Assembly (NCBI GenBank): GCA_028289135.1
Contig: JAQGGW010000004.1
Coordinates: forward strand, 758-64,757
Origin: Candidatus Saccharimonadota bacterium
GTDB taxonomy: Bacteria; Patescibacteriota; Saccharimonadia; Saccharimonadales; JACDBH01
DNA: 64,000 nt
Direction: 5' to 3'
This document shows, one piece after another, positions 7,322 to 17,554 of the stretch. The notes beneath the pieces were generated by a model. It ran no database searches. It was not told the origin of the DNA and was given only the letters and a program-made list of their open reading frames with translations. Each line of letters starts with the position of its first letter. Within the stretch, counting starts at the first letter, position 1. Position numbers and translations under genes: made by a program.

Positions 7322-10300
7322 ATGGGTGAATTTTCAAAAGAATACGACAAACTAAATGCCGAACAGAAAAAAGCCGTCGATGCCACCGAGGGTGCGGTGC
7401 TGGTTATTGCCGGCCCAGGGACAGGCAAAACCCAGCTGCTTTCGCTGCGCGTAGCAAACATTTTGGACAAGTCGGACTCCCAAGCTCAAAACATTTTGTG
7501 CCTGACTTTTACCAACAAAGCGTCCAACAACATGCAGCTGCGTCTAAGCCGTTTGGTTGGCCCATTGGCGCACAAAGTCATGATCAATACCTTCCACAGC
7601 TTTGCCGCCGAAGTTATGAATATGTATCCTGAATACTTTTGGCAGGGCGCCCGGCTAATTAATGTACCGACAGCCGTGCAGTACGAAATTATTACCGACA
7701 TATTGTCGGCCTTGCCGTTAGACAACCCGCTAGCCTTAAAATTTGCGGGACAATTTACCAGCACCAAAGACGTTTTGGATGGGCTAAAACTGGCCAAGGA
7801 AGCAGGCTTAACACCCGATAAATTGCGGGCGTTAATTACCCATAATATTAGCTATATCGACGAGGTCGAAGACTTGCTGGTAGAAATCTGCAGTGAAAGA
7901 CTGAGCTATAAAAAGCTCGACGAACTTGCCATGCAGATCGAGGAGCTGCCCGAGCAGCATACCGACGAAGTTACCCGCCCGCTTGTGGCACTTTCAACAG
8001 TTATTTTAGAATCTTTTGAAGCCGCGCACACAGCCGACGACGGCACCGACAGAACCAAAAACACCAGCGCCTGGAAAGCACGCTGGATCAAATCGGTAGA
8101 AGGCCAAAAAGGCATGTTTGAAGAGCGCAAACGCAATGCCTGGTGGTTGGCGCTGGCAGACGTATACGAAAGCTACCGGAGCGCATTGCACGAACGCGGA
8201 TACTATGACTTTTCGGACATGATTATTGAAGTGATTTCGCAGCTGGAACAAAACCCAGACATGTTGGCAGACATCCAGGAGCGCTTTCATTACGTTTTGA
8301 TTGACGAATTCCAAGACACCAATGCCGCGCAGCTGCGCCTAGCGCACCTTGTGGCCGACAGCTACGCCAGCGCCGGCAACCCAAACATTATGGCGGTGGG
8401 TGACGACGACCAGTCGATCTACAAATTTAACGGCGCCGAACTTAGCAACATGATGGGCTTTACGCGCAGCTATCCGCAGGCAAAAACTTTTGTTTTAACC
8501 GACAATTACCGCTCCAGCCAAGACGTTTTGGATATTTCGATGCAGGTGATTGCACAGGCCAGCGAACGCGTGACCACAAAGCACGCCGCCATAACCAAGG
8601 AGCTTGTTGCCAAGAACCCTCCGTCCAAAAAAAGCAGCATCCAGCATCTTTCATTCCCAACTAAAGAGCACCAATATTACGAAATTGCCAAGCAAATCAG
8701 CAAGGCGCAAAAAGAGGGAAGTGTGGCAGTGTTGGCCCGCAGCCATGACAGCCTGCGCGCCGTGGCGCACACGCTAAATCTGCAAAACGTACCAGTTCGT
8801 TATGAACAGCAGCAAAGCGTTTTAGAGCAGCCAATTGTGAAGCAAATTAGATTAATCGCCGAAATTATTATCGCCATAGCGGACGGCAACGAAAACCTTG
8901 TTAACACATTTATCCCAGAACTTTTAACTTATGAGGCGTGGAACATTAAGCCCTATACATTGTGGGAGCTGGCCATTGGCAACCGCGGCAAGGCGCACTG
9001 GCTTAAAACCCTGACCGACCACCCTGACGAGCATTTGCAGACAATCGGTAACTGGCTATTGTGGCTAGCTGGCAAGGCCAAAACAGAACCGCTGTGCAGG
9101 GTGCTGGAATTTATAATTGGGCTTAGCGCATCCGAACATTTAACAAGCCCGCTTAGACGATTTTATCTGGAAGCGGACGCTGTTGATACGCCGTATCTTG
9201 CCAGCATTTCAGCCGTGCGAAAGCTTACCGAAATGGCGCAGGAATTTAGCAGCCACGGATCGGCCACAGTGCAGGACTTTATACGCCTGCTGCACGTTAG
9301 CATTAACAATAACCAAACCATTACCGACCAGTCTTTGTTTGTAACCGCTGCCAATGCCGTTGAGCTCCTAACGATCCACAAGGCCAAGGGGCTTGAGTTT
9401 GACGCGGTGTTTATCGTGGATGCCATGGAGTCAAATTGGAAGCCTTCTGCGCGCGGGCGTAAGGCACCTTCCAACTTGCCGCTCAGGCCAAACGGTGATG
9501 ATTATGACGATTACGTGCGGCTGATGTTTGTGGCCATGACACGTGCCAAGCGCGATATTACAATTGCCAGCTACTATACGACCGGCAGCGGGGACGAAGC
9601 GGTGGCGTCATCTATTATCCGTGACATTATTCCAGCAACAATACTGGATTATAACGAAGCCAATGATGCTGCAAAAGTTTTGGAAACAACGTTAACATGG
9701 CCGCGGCTAGAAGGATCAGAAGAAAAAGCATTACTGGGCGAAATATTAGAAAATTATACCCTGAGCCCGTCAGCATTTTTGGACTTTTTGGATGTTGCCA
9801 AAGGCGGCCCGCAGTATTTTTTGGAAAAGTATTTACTTCGTTTGCCAGAAGCGCAGTCTGTGCCGGCGGCGTTTGGTAGCTCTATCCACACTGCACTAGA
9901 ACGTGCTCAGCAAATGGTGCTGGATGACAACTTTGAGCTTGGCGCCGTGTTGTCCGCTTACAAAGCAGCACTGCTTGAACAAGGCATGAGCAACAACGAC
10001 TTTGAACGCTACTTGGACCACGGCAAGAAAATTATTAGCCAGCTATTTGAAAAGTACGACCTTGATCTGCAAAAAACTGGACAGCCAGAAGTTAGCCTGC
10101 GCGCGCGTTTTGACAACGTTACTATCGCCGGCAAATTAGACCGCGCAGACACAAGCGGCACCGAGCTGTTAATTACCGATTACAAGACAGGCAAGCCGTT
10201 AACTTCACTACAGACCAAAAGCCAAGCACTTCAGCAAAAAGCTTGGCGGCACCGAACGCAGCTTGAGCTATATACATTTATGGCAAAAGAATCGGGTCAC

Positions 10301-10534
10301 TATCCGGACTCCAAAACTATTGAAGCGCAAATGACGTATGTTGAAGCCGAGACAAAAAAAGAATTATCATTACGCTATGCAGCAGAGCCGGAAGCATTGC
10401 AACGTTTGCGGCATTTGGTAGTTGCAGTTAATGAAAAAATACAATCGCTCAACTTGCCAGACGTTCGCCATTATGAAGCAAGCTATAGTGGCACGCTGCA
10501 GTTTGAAGAAGACTTACTTAGCGGCGCAATATAA
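7322..10534 (+). CDS. UvrD/PcrA-family SF1 helicase fused to a C-terminal RecB-like PD-(D/E)XK nuclease domain
   Basis: Helicase motifs are Walker A AGPGTGKTQ, DEFQDTN and VGDDDQSIY. The C-terminus carries GKLDR...LITDYKTGK...QLELY, the RecB/AddB-type nuclease motifs. Confidence 0.85.
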   Translation: MGEFSKEYDKLNAEQKKAVDATEGAVLVIAGPGTGKTQLLSLRVANILDKSDSQAQNILCLTFTNKASNNMQLRLSRLVGPLAHKVMINTFHSFAAEVMNMYPEYFWQGARLINVPTAVQYEIITDILSALPLDNPLALKFAGQFTSTKDVLDGLKLAKEAGLTPDKLRALITHNISYIDEVEDLLVEICSERLSYKKLDELAMQIEELPEQHTDEVTRPLVALSTVILESFEAAHTADDGTDRTKNTSAWKARWIKSVEGQKGMFEERKRNAWWLALADVYESYRSALHERGYYDFSDMIIEVISQLEQNPDMLADIQERFHYVLIDEFQDTNAAQLRLAHLVADSYASAGNPNIMAVGDDDQSIYKFNGAELSNMMGFTRSYPQAKTFVLTDNYRSSQDVLDISMQVIAQASERVTTKHAAITKELVAKNPPSKKSSIQHLSFPTKEHQYYEIAKQISKAQKEGSVAVLARSHDSLRAVAHTLNLQNVPVRYEQQQSVLEQPIVKQIRLIAEIIIAIADGNENLVNTFIPELLTYEAWNIKPYTLWELAIGNRGKAHWLKTLTDHPDEHLQTIGNWLLWLAGKAKTEPLCRVLEFIIGLSASEHLTSPLRRFYLEADAVDTPYLASISAVRKLTEMAQEFSSHGSATVQDFIRLLHVSINNNQTITDQSLFVTAANAVELLTIHKAKGLEFDAVFIVDAMESNWKPSARGRKAPSNLPLRPNGDDYDDYVRLMFVAMTRAKRDITIASYYTTGSGDEAVASSIIRDIIPATILDYNEANDAAKVLETTLTWPRLEGSEEKALLGEILENYTLSPSAFLDFLDVAKGGPQYFLEKYLLRLPEAQSVPAAFGSSIHTALERAQQMVLDDNFELGAVLSAYKAALLEQGMSNNDFERYLDHGKKIISQLFEKYDLDLQKTGQPEVSLRARFDNVTIAGKLDRADTSGTELLITDYKTGKPLTSLQTKSQALQQKAWRHRTQLELYTFMAKESGHYPDSKTIEAQMTYVEAETKKELSLRYAAEPEALQRLRHLVVAVNEKIQSLNLPDVRHYEASYSGTLQFEEDLLSGAI

Positions 10535-10565
10535 AAAGAACTTCGCTGTTAGACGAAGTTCTTTT
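10534..10565. terminator. bidirectional intrinsic terminator between the convergent helicase and aquaporin genes
   Basis: AAAAGAACTTCG ctgttaga CGAAGTTCTTTT, a perfect 12-bp stem with flanking A and T runs. Confidence 0.65.
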
Positions 10566-10582
10566 AATGTAACTACTTAGAC

Positions 10583-11353
10583 TTAACGAGTGCGTCGTGC
10601 AGTTGTTGTTTTGCGACGAGCAGTTGTGCGGGGCTTTGCTGCAGGCTTGCGCTTTGCAGCAGTTGCAGCAGTCTTACGACGAGCAGGTGCTACAGATGTA
10701 GTTGTTGCAGCTGATGAACTAGCAGCAACTCTTGTAGATGGTGCAAACAAGAGCGCGTAGAGGTTCATACCAACTACCGCACCAACGATTGGACCAAAGA
10801 TGTCGGCGCGTCCCCATGTCTGGTTAGCGAGCGCGACAGCTGGGTTCAACGCAGCGTTTGATGCAAGTGAAGCGACTACAACACCAACAAATAATGAGGC
10901 GCCGGCAGTTGCTGCCATTTTAGCGCCTTCAAATTTTTGGTAAATCGCTGCTGTGATACCAAATGTAAACACAAGCGTACCAAGCATTTCAGCAACGAAA
11001 ACTTTCCATTCAAAACTCTTGCTAGCAATGCTTGCAAGTTTTTGGCCGGTAAAATATTCGGCCAAGCGCCATGCAGCCAAACCGCCGAGCATTTGAGCTG
11101 CAAGATATGCAAGCGCCTGCAAAGTCTGGATCTTACGCAAAGTCCACATACCGATTGTGACTGCAGGGTTAAAATGCGCGCCTGAAGTTGCGCTAAAAAC
11201 AAGCGTCAACAATAGGTAAGTAATTGCCGCGCTAAAGGCTACGAAATAGCCAATGCCAATTTGTGAACGTGCAACGTTAATGATTGCTGTTGCGAGGATA
11301 CCGGTGCCGAGAAATTCCGCTACTAACATAGCGATTTTAGAACGTACTGTCAT
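10583..11353 (-). CDS. MIP-family channel (aquaporin / glycerol facilitator) with a basic Ala/Thr/Arg/Lys-rich C-terminal tail
   Basis: Two NPA boxes (HFNPAVT, LNPAVA) and six hydrophobic segments. The last 50 aa or so read AATTTSVAPARRKTAATAAKRKPAAKPRTTARRKTTTARRTR. Confidence 0.85.
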   Translation of the reverse strand: MTVRSKIAMLVAEFLGTGILATAIINVARSQIGIGYFVAFSAAITYLLLTLVFSATSGAHFNPAVTIGMWTLRKIQTLQALAYLAAQMLGGLAAWRLAEYFTGQKLASIASKSFEWKVFVAEMLGTLVFTFGITAAIYQKFEGAKMAATAGASLFVGVVVASLASNAALNPAVALANQTWGRADIFGPIVGAVVGMNLYALLFAPSTRVAASSSAATTTSVAPARRKTAATAAKRKPAAKPRTTARRKTTTARRTR

Positions 11354-11460
11354 GTATACAAACCCTCCGTTAGTTTATTACCTACAATCATAATACGTTT
11401 TTATACTTTTGCAAATATTATCTGTAGAACACCTTGTTTTTACTGAACAAGAAACGGTAA

Positions 11461-11567
11461 CGTACACGAGTGCAGTTTGGCCGAAGAACGAGCACCGGAT
11501 TCGGAGTGTATAGGGAAATACATGCAGAAACGGAGCGGAGTTATTCGGTCAAAATGTGCCGTGTACG
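11461..11567 (-). repeat. intergenic structured repeat, type 1, copy A (candidate cis-acting RNA element)
   Basis: The closing helix is CGTACACG / CGTGTACG. It carries the conserved blocks GCACATTTTG, GCTCCG, CGGTGCT and AAACTGCACT shared with the copies at 17437 and 50148, and a central mini-hairpin GTATttccctATAC. It starts 1 nt after the atpC stop codon. Confidence 0.7.
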
Positions 11568-11993
11568 TTAGCGCCGTTTGTTTCTCTTCAAGCCAGCGAC
11601 TTGCAGGCGTACCGCATGTCTATCCATCAAACTTTGTGCGTGTTGTAATGACACTTGGTCTTTAGCCTCAGCCTTCATTTTCTTAGCCAACTCAAATGCC
11701 TTCTGCACTTCTTGTTCATTCAATTCATCTGCATGATCGGCTTCGTCAACCAAGATTTTTAGTTCGTCATTTTCGACCTGTACAGTACCGCCAGATATTG
11801 CAAAAACTTCGCGCTGGTCGTCACGCTCTCCAGCAGTTTTGCGCACCATAATCGCGCCGTGCGTTGCAACGCTAATTAGCGGCATGTGGCCGGGAAGCAC
11901 ACCGATTTCGCCGTCCAAAGTCGGGATCAAAACTTCGTATGCTTCGCCGTCAAATTTAACGCCGTCTAGTGTATATAAAACAAAGTGAATCAT
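11568..11993 (-). CDS. atpC: F1 ATP synthase subunit epsilon
   Basis: 141 aa with VLIPTLDGEIGVLPGHMPLISV, and it sits immediately after atpD. Confidence 0.88.
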   Translation of the reverse strand: MIHFVLYTLDGVKFDGEAYEVLIPTLDGEIGVLPGHMPLISVATHGAIMVRKTAGERDDQREVFAISGGTVQVENDELKILVDEADHADELNEQEVQKAFELAKKMKAEAKDQVSLQHAQSLMDRHAVRLQVAGLKRNKRR

Positions 11994-12002
11994 GAATGAA
12001 TA

Positions 12003-13653
<1,651 letters not shown>

Positions 13654-13657
<4 letters not shown>

Positions 13658-14541
13658 TTCATTGCCTCCGCGCCGCCGGTTACTTCGGCGATTTCTTGGG
13701 TAATGTTGGACTGGCGGGCGCTGTTGAATGCCAGTGTCAGATCGCTAATAATATCATTCGCGTTATCGGTCGCGTTCTTCATGCTGAGCATGCGCATTGA
13801 ATGCTCAGATGCGATACTCTCCAGCATAGCTTGCCAAATTTGTACTTCCAACAAACGCTCCGTAACATTATCTAGAACATCGGTAATTGACGGCTCAAAA
13901 GTTACGCTGCTGAGCGACTCGGTCGCGCCGGGGTCAGATTCGTCCAAACGGGCAGGCAACAATGACATTGCGTTGGCAACCTGCAAGATGTTTGATTGGT
14001 GAACAGTGTAGAGCAGCTGCACATCATCGACTGCGGCCGTGGCGTACTGGTCGATAATGCTGGTCAAGATTGGGCGGAGGTCATTGGCACTTGGGTGGTC
14101 ACCAAAACCAGGAAAGGCCGCAACAAGTTCAATGCTTTCCAAACGGCGGATAAACTGCACGCCGCGCTTACCGATCACAATCGCTTGGGTTTTAATTCCT
14201 TGTTTTTTGTCCTCGATCGCGGCACGCGTCAAAAGCTTGATGATGTTTGAGTTGTAGGCGCCGGCAAGGCCACCATCGCTGGTGATGGCAACATACAAAC
14301 GGGTCTTTACTTCTCGCTGCACAAACAATGGGTGTTCGTTTACATCAGTTACGGTTGTAAGACGGCTAAGCAGCTCATGGGCGGCAATGCGGTAGCTGCG
14401 CCCGCGCTGTGCCACTTCTGTTGCACGGCGCATTTTTGAGGCCGAAACCAACTCCATCGCCTTGGTAATCTGGCGGGTAGAACGCACACTCTTGATGCGC
14501 CGTTGGAGGAGCTGGGTACTAGGCATTAAAAGGCTCCCCAC
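13654..14541 (-). CDS. atpG: F1 ATP synthase subunit gamma (alternative start at Met6, 14526)
   Basis: LLQRRIKSVRSTRQITKAMELVSASKMRRA at the N-terminus and ITQEIAEVTGGAEAM at the C-terminus are canonical gamma-subunit sequences. Confidence 0.92.
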
Positions 14542-14917
14542 TTCCAGCGTCTTCAGGTGGATAAAGACTACCTATTGGTAGGCCACGAAGTACCGCACTT
14601 TCTTCCATAGTCGTAAAAAACTTCAATTCTGCAGCTCTAGCATTTTCGGTTAACTGTTCAATCGGTAATTGTTCAGTAGTGAGCCCTGCATCCATGAGTG
14701 CATGAATCGCATAACTTATTCCAGCATTAAATGCTGATGAAAGTGTTTCAGCAATGCTTAAGCCAGTTATCTCAGTTAAATCCCCGGCACTTATACCAGA
14801 CAGCATTAGCATACGCGCCTGTTCTGCAACATCTTCAACTTCCATTATTTTACCCACTGAACGCTCAACACTTCGCCTTGCCATATCAGAGACTGGAAAG
14901 TTGTTGGAGTCAGTCAC
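14519..14917 (-). CDS. hypothetical 132-aa protein inserted between atpA and atpG
   Basis: Its GTG start overlaps the atpA stop (TAGTG), and its 3' end overlaps the atpG start by 8-23 nt. It is on the same strand and fills the gap. No motif recognised. It is acidic, and GC is about 37-47% in sampled lines. Confidence 0.5.
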   Translation of the reverse strand: MTDSNNFPVSDMARRSVERSVGKIMEVEDVAEQARMLMLSGISAGDLTEITGLSIAETLSSAFNAGISYAIHALMDAGLTTEQLPIEQLTENARAAELKFFTTMEESAVLRGLPIGSLYPPEDAGSGEPFNA

Positions 14918-16479
14918 TATTTAGCTTCCTTCTTAACTTCAGCAATATGCTCGTAAGCCTTGGCAACACTCTTAGCAAGGTTCAAAATCTTTGTCTTGTC
15001 TTCGTCTGCTGGCTCAGCACCAGTGTTGAGGCCTTCGACAATCTTTGGATGGTCGTGCTTTAGGTCGCGGAGCAGTGCGGCTTCGGCGGTCTTGATTTTG
15101 TCCAATGGGACTTTGTCAAAAATACCTTCGGTAGCAGCCAAAAGCATCGTAAACATCTGCCATACACCGTATGGAGAATATTGCGGCTGCTTCAAAAGCT
15201 CTGTCAGGCGCTGGCCGCGCTCAATACTTTGCTTGGTTTCTGGGTCAAGGTCGGTAGAAAACTGGCTGAAGGCTGCAAGTTCGCGGAACTGGGCCAGGTC
15301 AATACGAAGTGATTTAGCAACTGATTTAACAGCCTTAGTCTGGGCAGAACCACCCACGCGTGAAACAGACAAGCCAACAGATACAGCTGGGCGGATACCC
15401 TGGTAGAACAAGTTGGTTTCCATAAAGATCTGACCATCAGTGATGGAAATGACGTTGGTAGGGATGTAGGCACTAATATCACCAGCTTGGGTCTCGATGA
15501 TTGGAAGGGCGGTTAAAGAACCAGCGCCGAGGTCATCAGACAGCTTAGCTGAACGCTCGAGCAAACGGCTGTGCAGGTAAAAAACATCACCAGGGTAGGC
15601 TTCGCGGCCCGGTGGACGGCGGAGCAACAGTGACATCTGGCGATAAGCCGCAGCGTGCTTGCTAAGGTCATCGTAGATGATCAAAGCGTGCTGTTTGTTA
15701 TCACGGAAGTATTCACCCATGGCAGTAGCCGCATAAGGAGCCAAGTACTGCAGTGACGCTGGGTCGGCAGCCGAAGTTGCGACCACAATTGTCTGGTCCA
15801 TAACGCCTTCGCGCTTTAGTCGCTCAACAAGACGGGCAACTTTGCTCATCTTCTGGCCAATGGCAACATAGATGTTCACGACACCGGTGTTTTGCTGGTG
15901 CTGGTTAATCATTGTATCGATCGCGATGGCGGTTTTACCGGTCTGGCGGTCACCAATAATAAGCTCGCGCTGGCCGCGGCCGATTGGCACCATGGCGTCA
16001 ATGGCGGTAATACCGGTCATAAGCGGTTCGTGCACACTCTTGCGTGAAAGAACACCTGGGGCAATCTTTTCAACAGCGCTAGTCATTGTTGTCTTGATGG
16101 CACCTTTGCCGTCGATTGGGTTACCCATTGGGTCAACAACGCGGCCTACAAGTTCTGGGCCAACAGGGACTTCGAGCACTTTACCGGTTAATTTGGCCTT
16201 GGCACCAGCTTTAATAAGCGTATCTTCGCCCAAAAGCACGCCGCCAATTTCGTCTTCGGAGAGGTTGAAGGCAAACGCTGTAACCGAGCTTCCGTCAGTA
16301 GCGTCAATTTCGATCATTTCGTTATAACCACAGGTTGTTAGCCCATAGATCCAAACCACACCGTCACCAACACGGGTGACAATACCAGTTTGTTCAATTT
16401 CTGGGCGCTTCTTAAGCTCGGCAATCGCAGTGCGGATATCTGCCGACAAGTCTGTGATTGATATATCTTTCATTACCAT
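14917..16479 (-). CDS. atpA: F1 ATP synthase subunit alpha
   Basis: Walker [14 protein letters not shown], 520 aa. Confidence 0.95.
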   Translation of the reverse strand: MVMKDISITDLSADIRTAIAELKKRPEIEQTGIVTRVGDGVVWIYGLTTCGYNEMIEIDATDGSSVTAFAFNLSEDEIGGVLLGEDTLIKAGAKAKLTGKVLEVPVGPELVGRVVDPMGNPIDGKGAIKTTMTSAVEKIAPGVLSRKSVHEPLMTGITAIDAMVPIGRGQRELIIGDRQTGKTAIAIDTMINQHQQNTGVVNIYVAIGQKMSKVARLVERLKREGVMDQTIVVATSAADPASLQYLAPYAATAMGEYFRDNKQHALIIYDDLSKHAAAYRQMSLLLRRPPGREAYPGDVFYLHSRLLERSAKLSDDLGAGSLTALPIIETQAGDISAYIPTNVISITDGQIFMETNLFYQGIRPAVSVGLSVSRVGGSAQTKAVKSVAKSLRIDLAQFRELAAFSQFSTDLDPETKQSIERGQRLTELLKQPQYSPYGVWQMFTMLLAATEGIFDKVPLDKIKTAEAALLRDLKHDHPKIVEGLNTGAEPADEDKTKILNLAKSVAKAYEHIAEVKKEAK

Positions 16480-16481
16480 AA

Positions 16482-16883
16482 TTATTTATTCCTCGCGGCA
16501 GTTAATCTTTTTAGCGTATTTAGTTTGGCTCGGACTGTAAGGTCCAGCTCTTCGCCGGCCATTTCGAGCCGCACGCCACCGATGACAGTTTCGTCAATCC
16601 GTTGGTTTAAAACATAACCCTTGGCCCCTGGGAACTCACTTTTTAAAGCGTCCGTTACACCGGCTTTTGAAGCTTGTGAAAGCGGAAAAGCGCTGACAAC
16701 TGTTGCTTCAACGTAGCCGTGGTCGGCGCGGTACTTCAAAACGTCGCGCATAAGTGATTCGATGTCGTCTGTGCGGTCTTCTTCGAGCAAATAGCTGGCA
16801 ATTGCTTGCTTGAGTCTTGTCTCGTCGTCAACTTCCAGAGTACGAGCACCGATGATTTCAGCGAGTTCGGGGCGGGAGATCAT
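16482..16883 (-). CDS. atpH: F1 ATP synthase subunit delta (OSCP), short form, 133 aa
   Basis: The C-terminal [31 protein letters not shown] matches the OSCP/delta C-terminal signature, and the gene lies between atpF and atpA. It is about 45 aa shorter than typical delta subunits. Confidence 0.75.
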   Translation of the reverse strand: MISRPELAEIIGARTLEVDDETRLKQAIASYLLEEDRTDDIESLMRDVLKYRADHGYVEATVVSAFPLSQASKAGVTDALKSEFPGAKGYVLNQRIDETVIGGVRLEMAGEELDLTVRAKLNTLKRLTAARNK

Positions 16884-17407
16884 TATTTTTTACGGCCTTT
16901 CAGGGCTTCGGATACAATTTCTGCATCTTTGCCAGGCGTAACTTTTTCGTGCACAACGGCTTCGGTCGCTTCAGAAACAAGGCCTACAAGGTCTTTTTCT
17001 AGGTTGCGGCGGGCACGGTCGGCATCTTCTTCAATGTGCGCGTCAGCTTCTTTGATGATTGCGTCAGACTTGGCTTTGGCTGATTTTTCTGCTTCGCGCA
17101 ATACTTCGCGTGATTCTTTGTGAGCGTTGGCAATAATGCGGTCGGCATCATGGCGGGCTTCGCGGATAACCTTGTCAGATTCTCCTTCGAGCTCGGCCTG
17201 GCGCTTTTCCATTTTTTCGCCCAATAATATACCGTCCTCAATAGTCTGGCGCCGCTTTTCTAACAAGGCAACGATTGGCTTAAAGGCAAACCGCTTTAGC
17301 ACCAAAAAGACAAAGATAAAGGTAATCAGCTGGATCAAAAAAGCGCTGGTTGAAAAACCAAGGATTCCGCCACTGCTTGCTTCCGCTGCAAAATATGTTG
17401 GTAGCAT
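16883..17407 (-). CDS. atpF: Fo ATP synthase subunit b
   Basis: An N-terminal TM helix is followed by a long charged coiled-coil region (KRRQTIEDGILLGEKMEKRQAELE...). The operon position fits. Confidence 0.85.
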   Translation of the reverse strand: MLPTYFAAEASSGGILGFSTSAFLIQLITFIFVFLVLKRFAFKPIVALLEKRRQTIEDGILLGEKMEKRQAELEGESDKVIREARHDADRIIANAHKESREVLREAEKSAKAKSDAIIKEADAHIEEDADRARRNLEKDLVGLVSEATEAVVHEKVTPGKDAEIVSEALKGRKK

Positions 17408-17436
17408 TTATTTATTCTCCAGGTCTAAGGATTTTT

Positions 17437-17540
17437 GTATATGAGTGCAGTTTGGGCGAAAAGCGAGCACCGTAAACGAGGCGTACGGGATGGTACGGTG
17501 AGTGCGGAGCGCAGATTTTCGTTCAAAATGTGCCATATAC
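17437..17540 (-). repeat. intergenic structured repeat, type 1, copy B, inside the atp operon (candidate cis-acting RNA element)
   Basis: The closing helix is GTATATG / CATATAC. The conserved blocks match copies A and C. The core is TCACC-GTACcatcccGTAC-GCCTC. The element occupies 104 nt of the 147-nt atpE-atpF spacer. Confidence 0.75.
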
Positions 17541-17554
17541 ATAAATCCTACTTA

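Noticed and set aside
6313-7470. Long N-terminal extensions of track ORFs: queA to 7470, folP to 24065, the His-rich protein to 19848, the nuclease from 22459, pyrH to 27439 and the DUF3048 protein from 42437.
   Set aside because: The extensions overlap neighbouring genes, promoters or the structured repeat, and they lack homology-like sequence. Internal Met codons coincide with the canonical N-termini (MPKNYTLRDFDF, MVKLVGILNVTPDSF, MKRLL signal anchor, MYKRVLLKLSG) and/or with -10 boxes.
17408-17536. 42-codon ORFs running through structured repeats B (17408-17536) and C (50117-50245). Their peptides share HRxxPYASxxVLxFxP.
   Set aside because: The N-terminal 12 codons of B and C read homologous nucleotides in different frames. 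Copy A has no start codon and needs a frameshift. Copies D and E have stops in the corresponding frames. The substitutions are better explained by compensatory base-pair changes. The peptide similarity therefore follows from nucleotide conservation. This is still worth testing by ribosome profiling.
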